From an uncultured Arcobacter sp. (GTDB lineage: Bacteria; Campylobacterota; Campylobacteria; Campylobacterales; Arcobacteraceae), in NCBI GenBank assembly GCA_965140705.1, contig OZ223302.1:256001-320000 (forward strand): a DNA stretch of 64,000 nt, in the 5' to 3' direction. The notes beneath the pieces are model-generated. The model searched no databases. It was not told the origin of the DNA and was given only the letters and a program-made list of their open reading frames with translations. Position 1 is the stretch's first letter, and each line of letters opens with the position of its first letter. This document shows positions 14,738 through 23,993 of this stretch, piece after piece. The position numbers and the translations under genes are program-made.

Positions 14738-15243
14738 GAGCAGAATCAGTATTAGGTGATTCAGTAATCACAACAAGACTTGACAAAGCAGTAAACTGGG
14801 CAAGATCATATTCATTATGGCCAATGGTATTTGGTACAGCATGTTGTGGGATTGAGTTTATGTCAGTGGCAGCTGCAAAATATGATGTATCAAGATTTGG
14901 TGCAGAAGTTGTAAGGTTTTCCCCAAGACAAGCAGACTTACTAATTATCGCAGGAACTATTACATATAAACAAGCACCTGTATTAAAAAAGATTTATGAC
15001 CAAATGTGTGAGCCTAAATGGGTTATCTCAATGGGAGCATGTGCAAGTTCTGGTGGATTTTATGATAACTACACAACTTTACAAGGAGTTGATCAAATTA
15101 TCCCTGTGGATGAGTATGTTTCAGGTTGTCCTCCAAGACCAGAAGCAGTACTTGATGCAATTATAAATATACAGAAAAAAGCTCAAAATGAATCTATTAT
15201 AGTAGATAGAGTAAAAAAGTTCAAAGGAATCCTTGATGCTTAA
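14728..15243 (+). CDS. nuoB: NADH-quinone oxidoreductase subunit B
   Basis: ACCGIE, SPRQAD, MGACASSGG, GCPPRPE. Confidence 0.98.
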   Translation: MGVGAESVLGDSVITTRLDKAVNWARSYSLWPMVFGTACCGIEFMSVAAAKYDVSRFGAEVVRFSPRQADLLIIAGTITYKQAPVLKKIYDQMCEPKWVISMGACASSGGFYDNYTTLQGVDQIIPVDEYVSGCPPRPEAVLDAIINIQKKAQNESIIVDRVKKFKGILDA

Positions 15244-16870
15244 ACCAGATATGTTAATTTCTCAAAATGAAATTAAGTCAACTATCAAAAGATTAAAAGA
15301 TCAAGAAGGATATAACTTACTTCTTGATATCACTGCAATTGATTATTTAAAATACCCAGATGTAACTCCTTCAAGATTTGCACTTATATATATACTAAGA
15401 GATAAAACTTTCAAAAAACAAATTGTTATAAAGACGTATGTTGCTGATAATAATTTAAATGTTGATACTATTAGTGATTTATATGAAGCTGCAAATTGGG
15501 CAGAAAGAGAGACTTATGACCAATATGGTATTAACTTCATTGGTCATCCAAATATGAAAAGAGTTTTAAATCATCATCAATTTATTGGATATCCATTAAG
15601 AAAAGATTACAATATTACTGATGGACAAATTTGTACTGAAACTGAAGATTTGATGGATGAAATGGTTCCATTACTAAAATCAAAAGGTTATAGTGAAAGT
15701 GATTTAGAAGAGTTGATGTTATTAAATGTTGGTCCTTCTCATCCAGCTTCTCATGGTACTATTAGAAACTTTGTTGCAATGGAAGGTGAAACAATCACTG
15801 CCTGTGTTACAGAGATTGGTTATTTACATAGAGGATTTGAAAAAGCCTGTGAAACTCATACATATTCTCAAGTTATTCCATATACAGATAGACTTAATTA
15901 CTGTTCAGCTATTTTAAATAATATTGGATATGCAAAAGCAGTTGAAGATATGTTAAAAATAGATATTACTCCAAGAGCTAAAATGATTAGAATTGTTATT
16001 GGAGAACTAAGTAGAATAACTGACCACCTTGTTTGTAATGCAGCTAATATGGTTGATATGGGTGGTTTAACAAACTATTGGTATCTTTTTGCTCCAAGAG
16101 ATAAAGCTTATGATATTTTATCAAAATTAACAGGTGCTAGATTGACAAACTCTTATACTAGAATTGGTGGTTTAGAGTTTGATTTATATGATGGTTTTGA
16201 AAAAGACTTAAATGAAGTTTTAAGGGATGTTGAAAAGGGAATTGATGATGCTTTATCATTAGTTGAAAGAAATAGAATATTCCAAGATAGAACACAAGAT
16301 GTTGGTATTATTGATGCTGAATTTGCACTAAGTGCTGGAATTACAGGTCCTAATTTAAGAGCAGCTGGTGTTCCATTTGATTTAAGAAAAGACAAACCAT
16401 ACTATGGTTATGAAAACTTCGATTTTGATGTTGTAGTTGGTTCTCATGGTGATGTTTATGATAGATTTATGTGTAGATTCGAAGAGATGAAACAATCAAT
16501 TAGAATCATAGAACAAGCAATGAAAGAGATGCCAGATGGTCCTATTAATGTAGGAGCACCAGGAGTATTTTTACCAGCTAAAAAAGATGTTTATGGAAAT
16601 ATCGAAGGTTTAATGAACCAATTCAAACTTACATTTGAAGGGATTAAAGTTCCAAAAGGTGAATATTATGGATTTACTGAAGGTGGAAATGGAGAGTTAG
16701 GTTTCCATATTACAAGTGATGGTTCAGGAACACCTTATAAAGTAAAATGTAGACCACCTAGTTTCTACTCACTTGCAGCTTATGCAAAAATTGTAGAAAA
16801 TTCAATGTTAGCTGATGCGGTTATCACAATGGCATCAATGAACTTTATTGCAGGGGAGTTTGATAGATAA
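15233..16870 (+). CDS. nuoCD: Fused NADH-quinone oxidoreductase subunit C/D
   Basis: WAERETYD and GYPLRKDY (C part); GPSHPASHG, GYLHRG and GEFDR (D part). Start may be the ATG at 15236. Confidence 0.96.
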   Translation: MMLKPDMLISQNEIKSTIKRLKDQEGYNLLLDITAIDYLKYPDVTPSRFALIYILRDKTFKKQIVIKTYVADNNLNVDTISDLYEAANWAERETYDQYGINFIGHPNMKRVLNHHQFIGYPLRKDYNITDGQICTETEDLMDEMVPLLKSKGYSESDLEELMLLNVGPSHPASHGTIRNFVAMEGETITACVTEIGYLHRGFEKACETHTYSQVIPYTDRLNYCSAILNNIGYAKAVEDMLKIDITPRAKMIRIVIGELSRITDHLVCNAANMVDMGGLTNYWYLFAPRDKAYDILSKLTGARLTNSYTRIGGLEFDLYDGFEKDLNEVLRDVEKGIDDALSLVERNRIFQDRTQDVGIIDAEFALSAGITGPNLRAAGVPFDLRKDKPYYGYENFDFDVVVGSHGDVYDRFMCRFEEMKQSIRIIEQAMKEMPDGPINVGAPGVFLPAKKDVYGNIEGLMNQFKLTFEGIKVPKGEYYGFTEGGNGELGFHITSDGSGTPYKVKCRPPSFYSLAAYAKIVENSMLADAVITMASMNFIAGEFDR

Positions 16871-17346
16871 TGGCAAAATTTCAATACACAAAAGAAAATG
16901 AAGAAAAATTCCAAATAACAGCTAAAAAATACCCAAAAATAGATGCTATGTTATTACCAGCTTTATGGTTAGTACAAGAGCAAGAAGGATGGGTAAGCCC
17001 TGAAGCTATGATTTTCGTAGCTGATAAAATTGGAAAACAACCAATTGAAGTTTATGAATTCGCAACATTTTATACAATGTTCAACTTAAAACCTATTGGA
17101 ACATATCATATTGAGTTATGTAAAACTCTATCATGTATGTTAATGGGAGCAAACAATCTTAAAAAATTTATAAAAGATACAATTGGAATCGAACCAGGAC
17201 AAACTTCTGCAGATGGAAAATTTCACTTAAGTGAAGTTGAATGTTTAGGAGCTTGTGGTGGTGCACCAATGTTTGCTTTAAATGGTCAATACCATGAAAA
17301 CCAAACAGTTGAATCTCTTAAAAATCTTATAGAGGAGTGTAAATAA
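16870..17346 (+). CDS. nuoE: NADH-quinone oxidoreductase subunit E
   Basis: ATFYTMF; 2Fe-2S ligands CKTLSC and ECLGAC. Confidence 0.95.
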   Translation: MAKFQYTKENEEKFQITAKKYPKIDAMLLPALWLVQEQEGWVSPEAMIFVADKIGKQPIEVYEFATFYTMFNLKPIGTYHIELCKTLSCMLMGANNLKKFIKDTIGIEPGQTSADGKFHLSEVECLGACGGAPMFALNGQYHENQTVESLKNLIEECK

Positions 17347-18617
17347 TGGCTGCAAATGACATGATTGTAAAAATCGTAAGTAAAAATTTTGACATTCCTG
17401 ATTCTCATAAACTTGATGTTGCACTAAAAAATGGAAGATACACTTCTATTGAAAAACTATTTACTATGGCTCCTGATGAAGTTACAGAAGAAGTTTGTAA
17501 AAGTGGATTAAGAGGAAAAGGTGGTGGAGGTGCTGCATGTGGACCTAAGTGGAAACTTATGCCACCAGTTGATGAAAGACCTAGATACTTAATTGTAAAT
17601 GGGGATGAATCAGAACCAGGAACTTTCAAAGATAGACAAATATTCCAATATGATCCACACCTTTTAATAGAAGGTATTATTTGCTCTTGTTATGCAATTG
17701 GAGCACATGATGCTTATATTTATATTAGAGGTGAGTATAAATGGTTTATTGATAGATTAAATGAAGCTATCGATGAAGCTTATGCTGCAGGAATCATTGG
17801 AGATAAAATCATGGGCAAATATGATTTTAGAGTTGATATAACTGTTCATAGAGGTGGTGGAGCATATATTTGTGGTGAAAAATCTGCACTTATTGAATCA
17901 CTTGAAGGTAAAAGAGGACATCCAAGACTTAAACCACATGGTAAAGAGTGTGAGTGGTTCTATGGAATGCCAGCAACTGTAAATAATGTTGAAACAATTG
18001 CATCTGTTCCCAATATTGTTGAGAATGGTTATGAATCATATACAAAATATGGAACAGAAAAAGCTCCAGGAACTATGCTTTTTGCAATGAGTGGCCCAGT
18101 TAAAAACCCAGGTGTTTATGAGTTACAATATGGTTGTAAAATGACTGATGTAATTAATGAAATCGGGGGAGGAATGCAAGATGGGCTTAAATTAAAAGCT
18201 GTAATCCCAGGTGGAGCTTCTTGTCCTATTTTAACTGCCGAAGAAGTTGAAAAAGCATATTTGGATTATGAATCTATGTGGGATATTGGTTCAACTTTAG
18301 GAACAGGTGGAATGATGATAATTCCAGAAGGCGTTTCTATGGTTGATGTTGCTAAAAATCTAATCGAATTTTATCACCATGAATCTTGTGGTCAGTGTAC
18401 ACCTTGTAGAGAGGGAACTGGTTGGATTGATAAGATTTTAAGAGAGTTAATAGAAGGTGTTGCAAAAGAAGATGATATAGAGACGCTTTTAGATGTTTGT
18501 GACACTATGAATGGAAAAACCATTTGTGTTTTTGCACCTGCTGTAAAAGATATTATAAAAAGTATTGTTGAAAAATATAAACATGAATTTCTTGAATTAA
18601 TTGAAAATAAACTATAA
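17346..18617 (+). CDS. nuoF: NADH-quinone oxidoreductase subunit F with an atypical nucleotide pocket
   Basis: NGDESEPGTFKDR, AYICGE, NNVET, ESCGQCTPCREG. Confidence 0.95.
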   Translation: MAANDMIVKIVSKNFDIPDSHKLDVALKNGRYTSIEKLFTMAPDEVTEEVCKSGLRGKGGGGAACGPKWKLMPPVDERPRYLIVNGDESEPGTFKDRQIFQYDPHLLIEGIICSCYAIGAHDAYIYIRGEYKWFIDRLNEAIDEAYAAGIIGDKIMGKYDFRVDITVHRGGGAYICGEKSALIESLEGKRGHPRLKPHGKECEWFYGMPATVNNVETIASVPNIVENGYESYTKYGTEKAPGTMLFAMSGPVKNPGVYELQYGCKMTDVINEIGGGMQDGLKLKAVIPGGASCPILTAEEVEKAYLDYESMWDIGSTLGTGGMMIIPEGVSMVDVAKNLIEFYHHESCGQCTPCREGTGWIDKILRELIEGVAKEDDIETLLDVCDTMNGKTICVFAPAVKDIIKSIVEKYKHEFLELIENKL

Positions 18618-18626
18618 GGAAAATAG

Positions 18627-19913
18627 ATGGCAAAAGATACATTTACATTAACAGACAATAGAAGTGGTAAAACTTATGAGTACAATATTATAGATGGTAC
18701 AAGAGGACCAAGCGTTGTTGATATTAGAACATTTTACAAAGATACTGGAATGTTTACTTATGATCCTGGTTATACATCAACTGCATCTTGTGATTCAAAA
18801 ATCACATTTATTGATGGTGAAAATTCTGAATTAAGATACAGAGGATATGATATTTCTGATTTAGCTGGTAAACACTCATTTTTAGATGTTTCTTACTTAC
18901 TTATGAGAGGTCAACTTCCAACAGAAGAAGCTTCAAAAAACTTTGATTTAGAAATAAGACATAGATCTTTTTTAAATGAAGGTATTATTAGATTATTTGA
19001 TGCTTTACCTGATGGTGCTCACCCAATGGCAACTATGGGAGCTGCAACTATGGCATTAGCAGCATTTTATAAAGATCACTTACATTTAGAAGATGAAGAA
19101 CAATTCAAAATGATGAGAAGAAGAATCTTAGCTAAAATGCCAACAATTGCTGCAATGGCATATAGAAACTCTATTGGTACACCACTTATTTACCCAGATG
19201 TAGATAAATATTTCACTGAAAACTTCTTATATATGTTAAGAGCATATCCAGGTGGAAAAATGAAATACCTAGGAAATGGTAAAAGCCAAGAGATAAGACA
19301 AGTTGAAGTTGATGCCCTTGATGCAATTTTCACTTTACATGCTGACCATGAACAAAATGCTTCTACAACAACAGTAAGAAATGTTGGTTCTACTGAAGCT
19401 CACCCTTATGTTGCAATTGCATCTGGTATTTCTGCTTTATGGGGTTCTGCACATGGTGGAGCAAATGAAAAAGTTATGGATCAATTAAGAATGATAGGTG
19501 ATGTTAAAAATGTACCTTCATATATTGCTAAAGCAAAAGATAAAAATGATCCATTTAGATTAATGGGATTTGGACATAGAGTTTATAAAAACAGAGATCC
19601 AAGAGCTGAAGCACTAAAAGGATTACAAGATAAATTAAGAGAAGAATTACATCTTGACTCTAAACTACTTGATATCGCAGCAGCAGTTGAAGAAGCAGCA
19701 TTAAGTGATGATTACTTTATCCAAAGAGGCTTATATCCAAATATTGATTTCTATTCAGGTGTTATTTTAACTGCTCTTAGAATTCCAATTGCAATGTTTA
19801 CACCAATCTTTGTTATTGGTAGAACTCCAGGATGGTTAGCACAATGGTCTGAATTAAAACAAGATAAAACTGCAAAAATTGCAAGACCTAGACAGTTATA
19901 TACTGGAAAATAA
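18627..19913 (+). CDS. gltA: Citrate synthase (type II-like)
   Basis: TYDPGYTSTASC, LHADHEQNAST, HGGANE, GFGHRVYK, YPNIDFYSG. Confidence 0.97.
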   Translation: MAKDTFTLTDNRSGKTYEYNIIDGTRGPSVVDIRTFYKDTGMFTYDPGYTSTASCDSKITFIDGENSELRYRGYDISDLAGKHSFLDVSYLLMRGQLPTEEASKNFDLEIRHRSFLNEGIIRLFDALPDGAHPMATMGAATMALAAFYKDHLHLEDEEQFKMMRRRILAKMPTIAAMAYRNSIGTPLIYPDVDKYFTENFLYMLRAYPGGKMKYLGNGKSQEIRQVEVDALDAIFTLHADHEQNASTTTVRNVGSTEAHPYVAIASGISALWGSAHGGANEKVMDQLRMIGDVKNVPSYIAKAKDKNDPFRLMGFGHRVYKNRDPRAEALKGLQDKLREELHLDSKLLDIAAAVEEAALSDDYFIQRGLYPNIDFYSGVILTALRIPIAMFTPIFVIGRTPGWLAQWSELKQDKTAKIARPRQLYTGK

Positions 19914-19946
19914 TTAATACAATAAAATTTAAAGAGGATTTATTAA

Positions 19947-21383
19947 ATGAGCGAAATGGTAAAACTGATAATCAATGATCAGGAGATGGAGGCAGAAAAA
20001 GGAAGTCTCTTAATTGATAAATTATTAGATGAAGATATACATATTCCTCATTTTTGTTATCACAAAGCATTGGGGAAAGATGGAAACTGTAGAATGTGTA
20101 TGGTTGAAATCGCTGGACAAAAAAGACCCCAAATTGCCTGTGATACTCCTGTAAAAGAAGGAATGGTAGTTAGTACAACAAGTGATAATATTATGGCTGT
20201 AAGAAGAGATATCTTGGAGTTAGAATTAATCAATCACCCTATTGACTGCCCTACCTGTGATCAAGCAGGAGAGTGTAAACTACAAGATTTTTACATGGAA
20301 TCAGGATTCTATGAATCTAGAATAAATGTTGAAGAAAAAAACCATGCTAGAAAAAGAGAAGATTTAGGCTCTAACGTAATGTTAGACCAAGAAAGATGTG
20401 TTCTTTGTACTAGATGTGTAAGATTTTGTTCAGACATAACAGGAACAAATGAATTAGGTGTAATTAATAGAGCTGACCATTCAGTTATTGGTACATTCCC
20501 AGGAAGACCTTTAAGTAATCCTTATGCTATGAATGTAGTAGACTTATGTCCTGTTGGTGCTTTAACTTCAAAAGATTTTAGATTTAAGCAAAGAGTTTGG
20601 TTTATGGAGACATTTAATGCTATTTGTAATGGTTGTTCAAAGGGATGTAATATCTTTGTTGACCATAGAAAAGAGAAGTATGAAGATGACAAAATTTTCA
20701 GATTTAGACCTAGACTTAATAATGAAGTTAATGGTTATTTCATGTGTGATTATGGTAGATTATCATATAAAAATGAAGAAGAAAATAGACTAGAGAAAGC
20801 CCTAGTTAATGGTAAAGAAGACTCTACAAGTAATGCAATAGCTTCTTTATATACAGAAGTTGCAAAAAATAACAATGCCTTATTTCTTGTAAGTCCAAAC
20901 TTATGTTTAGAAGAATTACAAAATGTAAAAGCATTTGCAGATGCTGTAAAAGCAAATATTTCTGGATATTCACCTCAATACATAGATGAAACTTTTGGTG
21001 ATGATTATTTGAAAAGAAATGACAAAAGTGCAAATAGAGCATCTTTTAAAGAAGTAGGTATAGCTGAAGATGAGTCTTCATTTAAATCTTATTTAGAAGC
21101 AGCATCACTTGTAGTTATTTTTGATAATACTTATTTTGATGATAACTTTGAATTACTAAGTGGTAGAAAAGTTATTTCTTGTTCTTCTCATAAAACTAAA
21201 ACTGTTGAGAAATCAGATGTTGCAATTCCAACTGCATCTTTCTATGAAAAGAATGGAACTTATATAAATGTTGATGGAATAAAACAAAAAAGTGTTTCAG
21301 GTATGAAAAGAGATAATCAAGCAAAAACAATATCATCAATAGTTGAAACTATTAAAACTATGATAGAAAAAGGAAATATATGA
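19947..21383 (+). CDS. nuoG: NADH-quinone oxidoreductase subunit G, short form
   Basis: HFCYH..GNCRMC, HPIDCPTCDQAGEC, CVLCTRC, CNGCSKGC. Confidence 0.93.
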   Translation: MSEMVKLIINDQEMEAEKGSLLIDKLLDEDIHIPHFCYHKALGKDGNCRMCMVEIAGQKRPQIACDTPVKEGMVVSTTSDNIMAVRRDILELELINHPIDCPTCDQAGECKLQDFYMESGFYESRINVEEKNHARKREDLGSNVMLDQERCVLCTRCVRFCSDITGTNELGVINRADHSVIGTFPGRPLSNPYAMNVVDLCPVGALTSKDFRFKQRVWFMETFNAICNGCSKGCNIFVDHRKEKYEDDKIFRFRPRLNNEVNGYFMCDYGRLSYKNEEENRLEKALVNGKEDSTSNAIASLYTEVAKNNNALFLVSPNLCLEELQNVKAFADAVKANISGYSPQYIDETFGDDYLKRNDKSANRASFKEVGIAEDESSFKSYLEAASLVVIFDNTYFDDNFELLSGRKVISCSSHKTKTVEKSDVAIPTASFYEKNGTYINVDGIKQKSVSGMKRDNQAKTISSIVETIKTMIEKGNI

Positions 21384-22663
21384 ATACAGCATCAATAGTT
21401 GTTATTATAGTAAATATTCTTTTAGCTGTAGTACTAGCAGTTGGTTTAACACCTGTGTTTGTATGGTGGGAGAGAAGAATAGCTGGATTTATTCAAGATA
21501 GATCAGGACCAAATAGATGTCATATTGGACCAATGAGACTAGGTGGATTGATACAAAGTTTAGCAGATATGCTAAAACTTGTATTTAAAGAAGACTTCAC
21601 ACCAGGACATATTAAATATAAATTTATGTTTACTATTGCTCCTTCTATAGTATTTGTTTGTTACTTCTTAACATTTGCAGTTATTCCTTTTGCAGATAAC
21701 GTTGTAATTGACGGTCAATCACATCCAATGCAAGCCCTACCAATGCAATTAGGTATTATGTGGTTCTTAGCATATGCTGGATTATCTGTATACGGAATCA
21801 TTTTAGGTGGTTATGCATCAGGAAGTAAATATGGTCTTTTAGGTGCAATTAGAGCATCAGCTCAAGTTATCTCTTATGAAGCATCAATGGCATTAGCTTT
21901 AATCTCTATGTTATTAACTTATGGTTCTATTCATTTAAATGAAATTGTACATTTTCAAGGTGGAACTTTTTGGGAAATAATTCCTTCATGGGGTGCATTT
22001 ATGCAACCACTTGCTGCTATTATTTTTATTGTTTGTGCTTTTGCTGAAACAAATAGAACTCCTTTTGATATAGCGGAAGGTGAATCAGAAATTGTTGCAG
22101 GTTATCATACAGAATATAGTGCAATGAGATTTGGACTTTTCCAAGTATCAGAATTTGCTGCTATGGCTGGGGCTTCAGCTATTATTGTGACTTTATTCTT
22201 TGGTGGATATCAAATCCCATGGTTAGATACACAAACATTAAAAGCAAATATTGACATCGTTATTATTATACTTATGGCTTTATTACCTATTAAAATTTAT
22301 ATCTTTACAAAATGGATTAAGAAAAATAATAATTGGTATGATAAAAATGATATTAGAGCAAAAGAAACAGGTATTTTAGTAAAAGCATTTTGGACTATAG
22401 GTATAGTTTCATTTATAGCCTTAGGTGCCTTATTAGCTACAGGTTTAGGTGAAAATGGTTCAAGTATTGCAGTTGCTGTTATCCAAGTAGTAACTTTCTT
22501 AGTAAAATTCCTTTTTATGGTATTTGTATTTATGTGGGTTAGATGGACTTTATTGAGATTTAGATATGACCAACTACAAATGCTAGGATGGAAAATTTTA
22601 CTACCATTATCACTATTAAATATTGTTATAACTGCTTCAGTTATAGTTTTGACAGGAATGTAA
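21380..22663 (+). CDS. nuoH: NADH-quinone oxidoreductase subunit H
   Basis: ERRIAGFIQDRSGPNR, AETNRTPFD, RFRYDQL. Confidence 0.96.
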   Translation: MNTASIVVIIVNILLAVVLAVGLTPVFVWWERRIAGFIQDRSGPNRCHIGPMRLGGLIQSLADMLKLVFKEDFTPGHIKYKFMFTIAPSIVFVCYFLTFAVIPFADNVVIDGQSHPMQALPMQLGIMWFLAYAGLSVYGIILGGYASGSKYGLLGAIRASAQVISYEASMALALISMLLTYGSIHLNEIVHFQGGTFWEIIPSWGAFMQPLAAIIFIVCAFAETNRTPFDIAEGESEIVAGYHTEYSAMRFGLFQVSEFAAMAGASAIIVTLFFGGYQIPWLDTQTLKANIDIVIIILMALLPIKIYIFTKWIKKNNNWYDKNDIRAKETGILVKAFWTIGIVSFIALGALLATGLGENGSSIAVAVIQVVTFLVKFLFMVFVFMWVRWTLLRFRYDQLQMLGWKILLPLSLLNIVITASVIVLTGM

Positions 22664-22664
22664 T

Positions 22665-23177
22665 ATGGGTATTAAAATAATAAAAAGACAGGGTCAAACC
22701 TTTAAAGATAAGCTTTTTATACCAGCTATTATGGGTGGTATGAAAACAACTTTAGGTCACTTTACAAAGAATCTAAAAGATGTTTCAAATTTAACAACTA
22801 TTCAGTATCCAGAAGAACAACCAACAGATGTAGCAACAAATGCTAGATACAGAGGGGTTCATCGACTTACAAAATGGGAAGACGAATCTGAGAAATGTGT
22901 TGCATGTTATATGTGTGCAACTGCATGCCCTGCTGAATGTATCTTTATTGATGCAGAAGAGAGATTTGATGGTAAAGCTGAAAAAAGACCAAAAGAGTTT
23001 AAGATAGACCTTTTAGAGTGTGTATATTGTGGATATTGTGTTGAAGCTTGTCCATGTGATGCAATTAGAATGGATACAGGTATTTTAAGTTTTACAGGAA
23101 GTTCAAGGGAAGAATTTGTTGTAGATAAAAAATACTTAATGAATAACGAAAGAGCAAAGGATTTATCAAATGACTGA
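22665..23177 (+). CDS. nuoI: NADH-quinone oxidoreductase subunit I
   Basis: Two CxxCxxCxxxCP motifs; YPEE. Confidence 0.96.
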   Translation: MGIKIIKRQGQTFKDKLFIPAIMGGMKTTLGHFTKNLKDVSNLTTIQYPEEQPTDVATNARYRGVHRLTKWEDESEKCVACYMCATACPAECIFIDAEERFDGKAEKRPKEFKIDLLECVYCGYCVEACPCDAIRMDTGILSFTGSSREEFVVDKKYLMNNERAKDLSND

Positions 23178-23685
23178 TATTTTATTTATTGGTTTAAGTT
23201 TTATGGCAATAGCTGGTGGACTCACTATGCTAATACATAAACAACCTATGTATGCAGCACTTGGATTATTAATCTCTATTTTATCTGTATCTGGACTTTT
23301 TGCATTGTTAAGTGCAACTTTCCTTTTTATGGTTCAAATAATAGTTTATGCAGGTGCAATTATGACTCTTCTTTTATTTATATTAATGTTTTTAAATATT
23401 GATGAGCATGATTTACCAAAAGAGCCTAAAAAAACTAGAAATATTATTATAGGTGCCATTGTTATGTTGCCATTAAATATTGTAATATTAACAGCTGTAT
23501 CTGCTTTACCAAATAAAGACATGAGTATTATTGAGACAAATTTTGGTGGAATAAAAGAGCTTGGAATGCTTTTATATCAACATTGGTTAATCTCATTTGA
23601 GTTAATTTCAATACTACTTTTAGTTGCCTTAGTTGGTGCTATTGTATTGGCTAAAAGAAAAAAAACTAGAGGACAACAATCATGA
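23170..23685 (+). CDS. nuoJ: NADH-quinone oxidoreductase subunit J
   Basis: QIIVYAGAI, FELISILLLVA. Confidence 0.95.
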   Translation: MTDILFIGLSFMAIAGGLTMLIHKQPMYAALGLLISILSVSGLFALLSATFLFMVQIIVYAGAIMTLLLFILMFLNIDEHDLPKEPKKTRNIIIGAIVMLPLNIVILTAVSALPNKDMSIIETNFGGIKELGMLLYQHWLISFELISILLLVALVGAIVLAKRKKTRGQQS

Positions 23686-23993
23686 TATCACTAACATCAT
23701 ATGCATTTGTTTCAATGATGCTTTTTTCAATTGGTGCAATTGGAGTTATTGCAAGAAGAAATATTTTTGTAATATATATGTCAATAGAACTTATGTTAAA
23801 TGGAATAAATCTATTTTTAGTTACTTTTGCTAGATACCATTTCAATATGGATCCACAAGTAATTACAGTAATGGTTATTGCAATAGCTGCTGCTGAAGCT
23901 GCCATTTTCTTATCAGTTATAATTCTTTTATTTAGAACAAAAAGATCATTAGATACTGATTTATTTACAGCACTTAAACAAGGAGAAAAATAA
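23682..23993 (+). CDS. nuoK: NADH-quinone oxidoreductase subunit K
   Basis: MSIELMLNG, AAAEAA. Confidence 0.96.
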   Translation: MISLTSYAFVSMMLFSIGAIGVIARRNIFVIYMSIELMLNGINLFLVTFARYHFNMDPQVITVMVIAIAAAEAAIFLSVIILLFRTKRSLDTDLFTALKQGEK

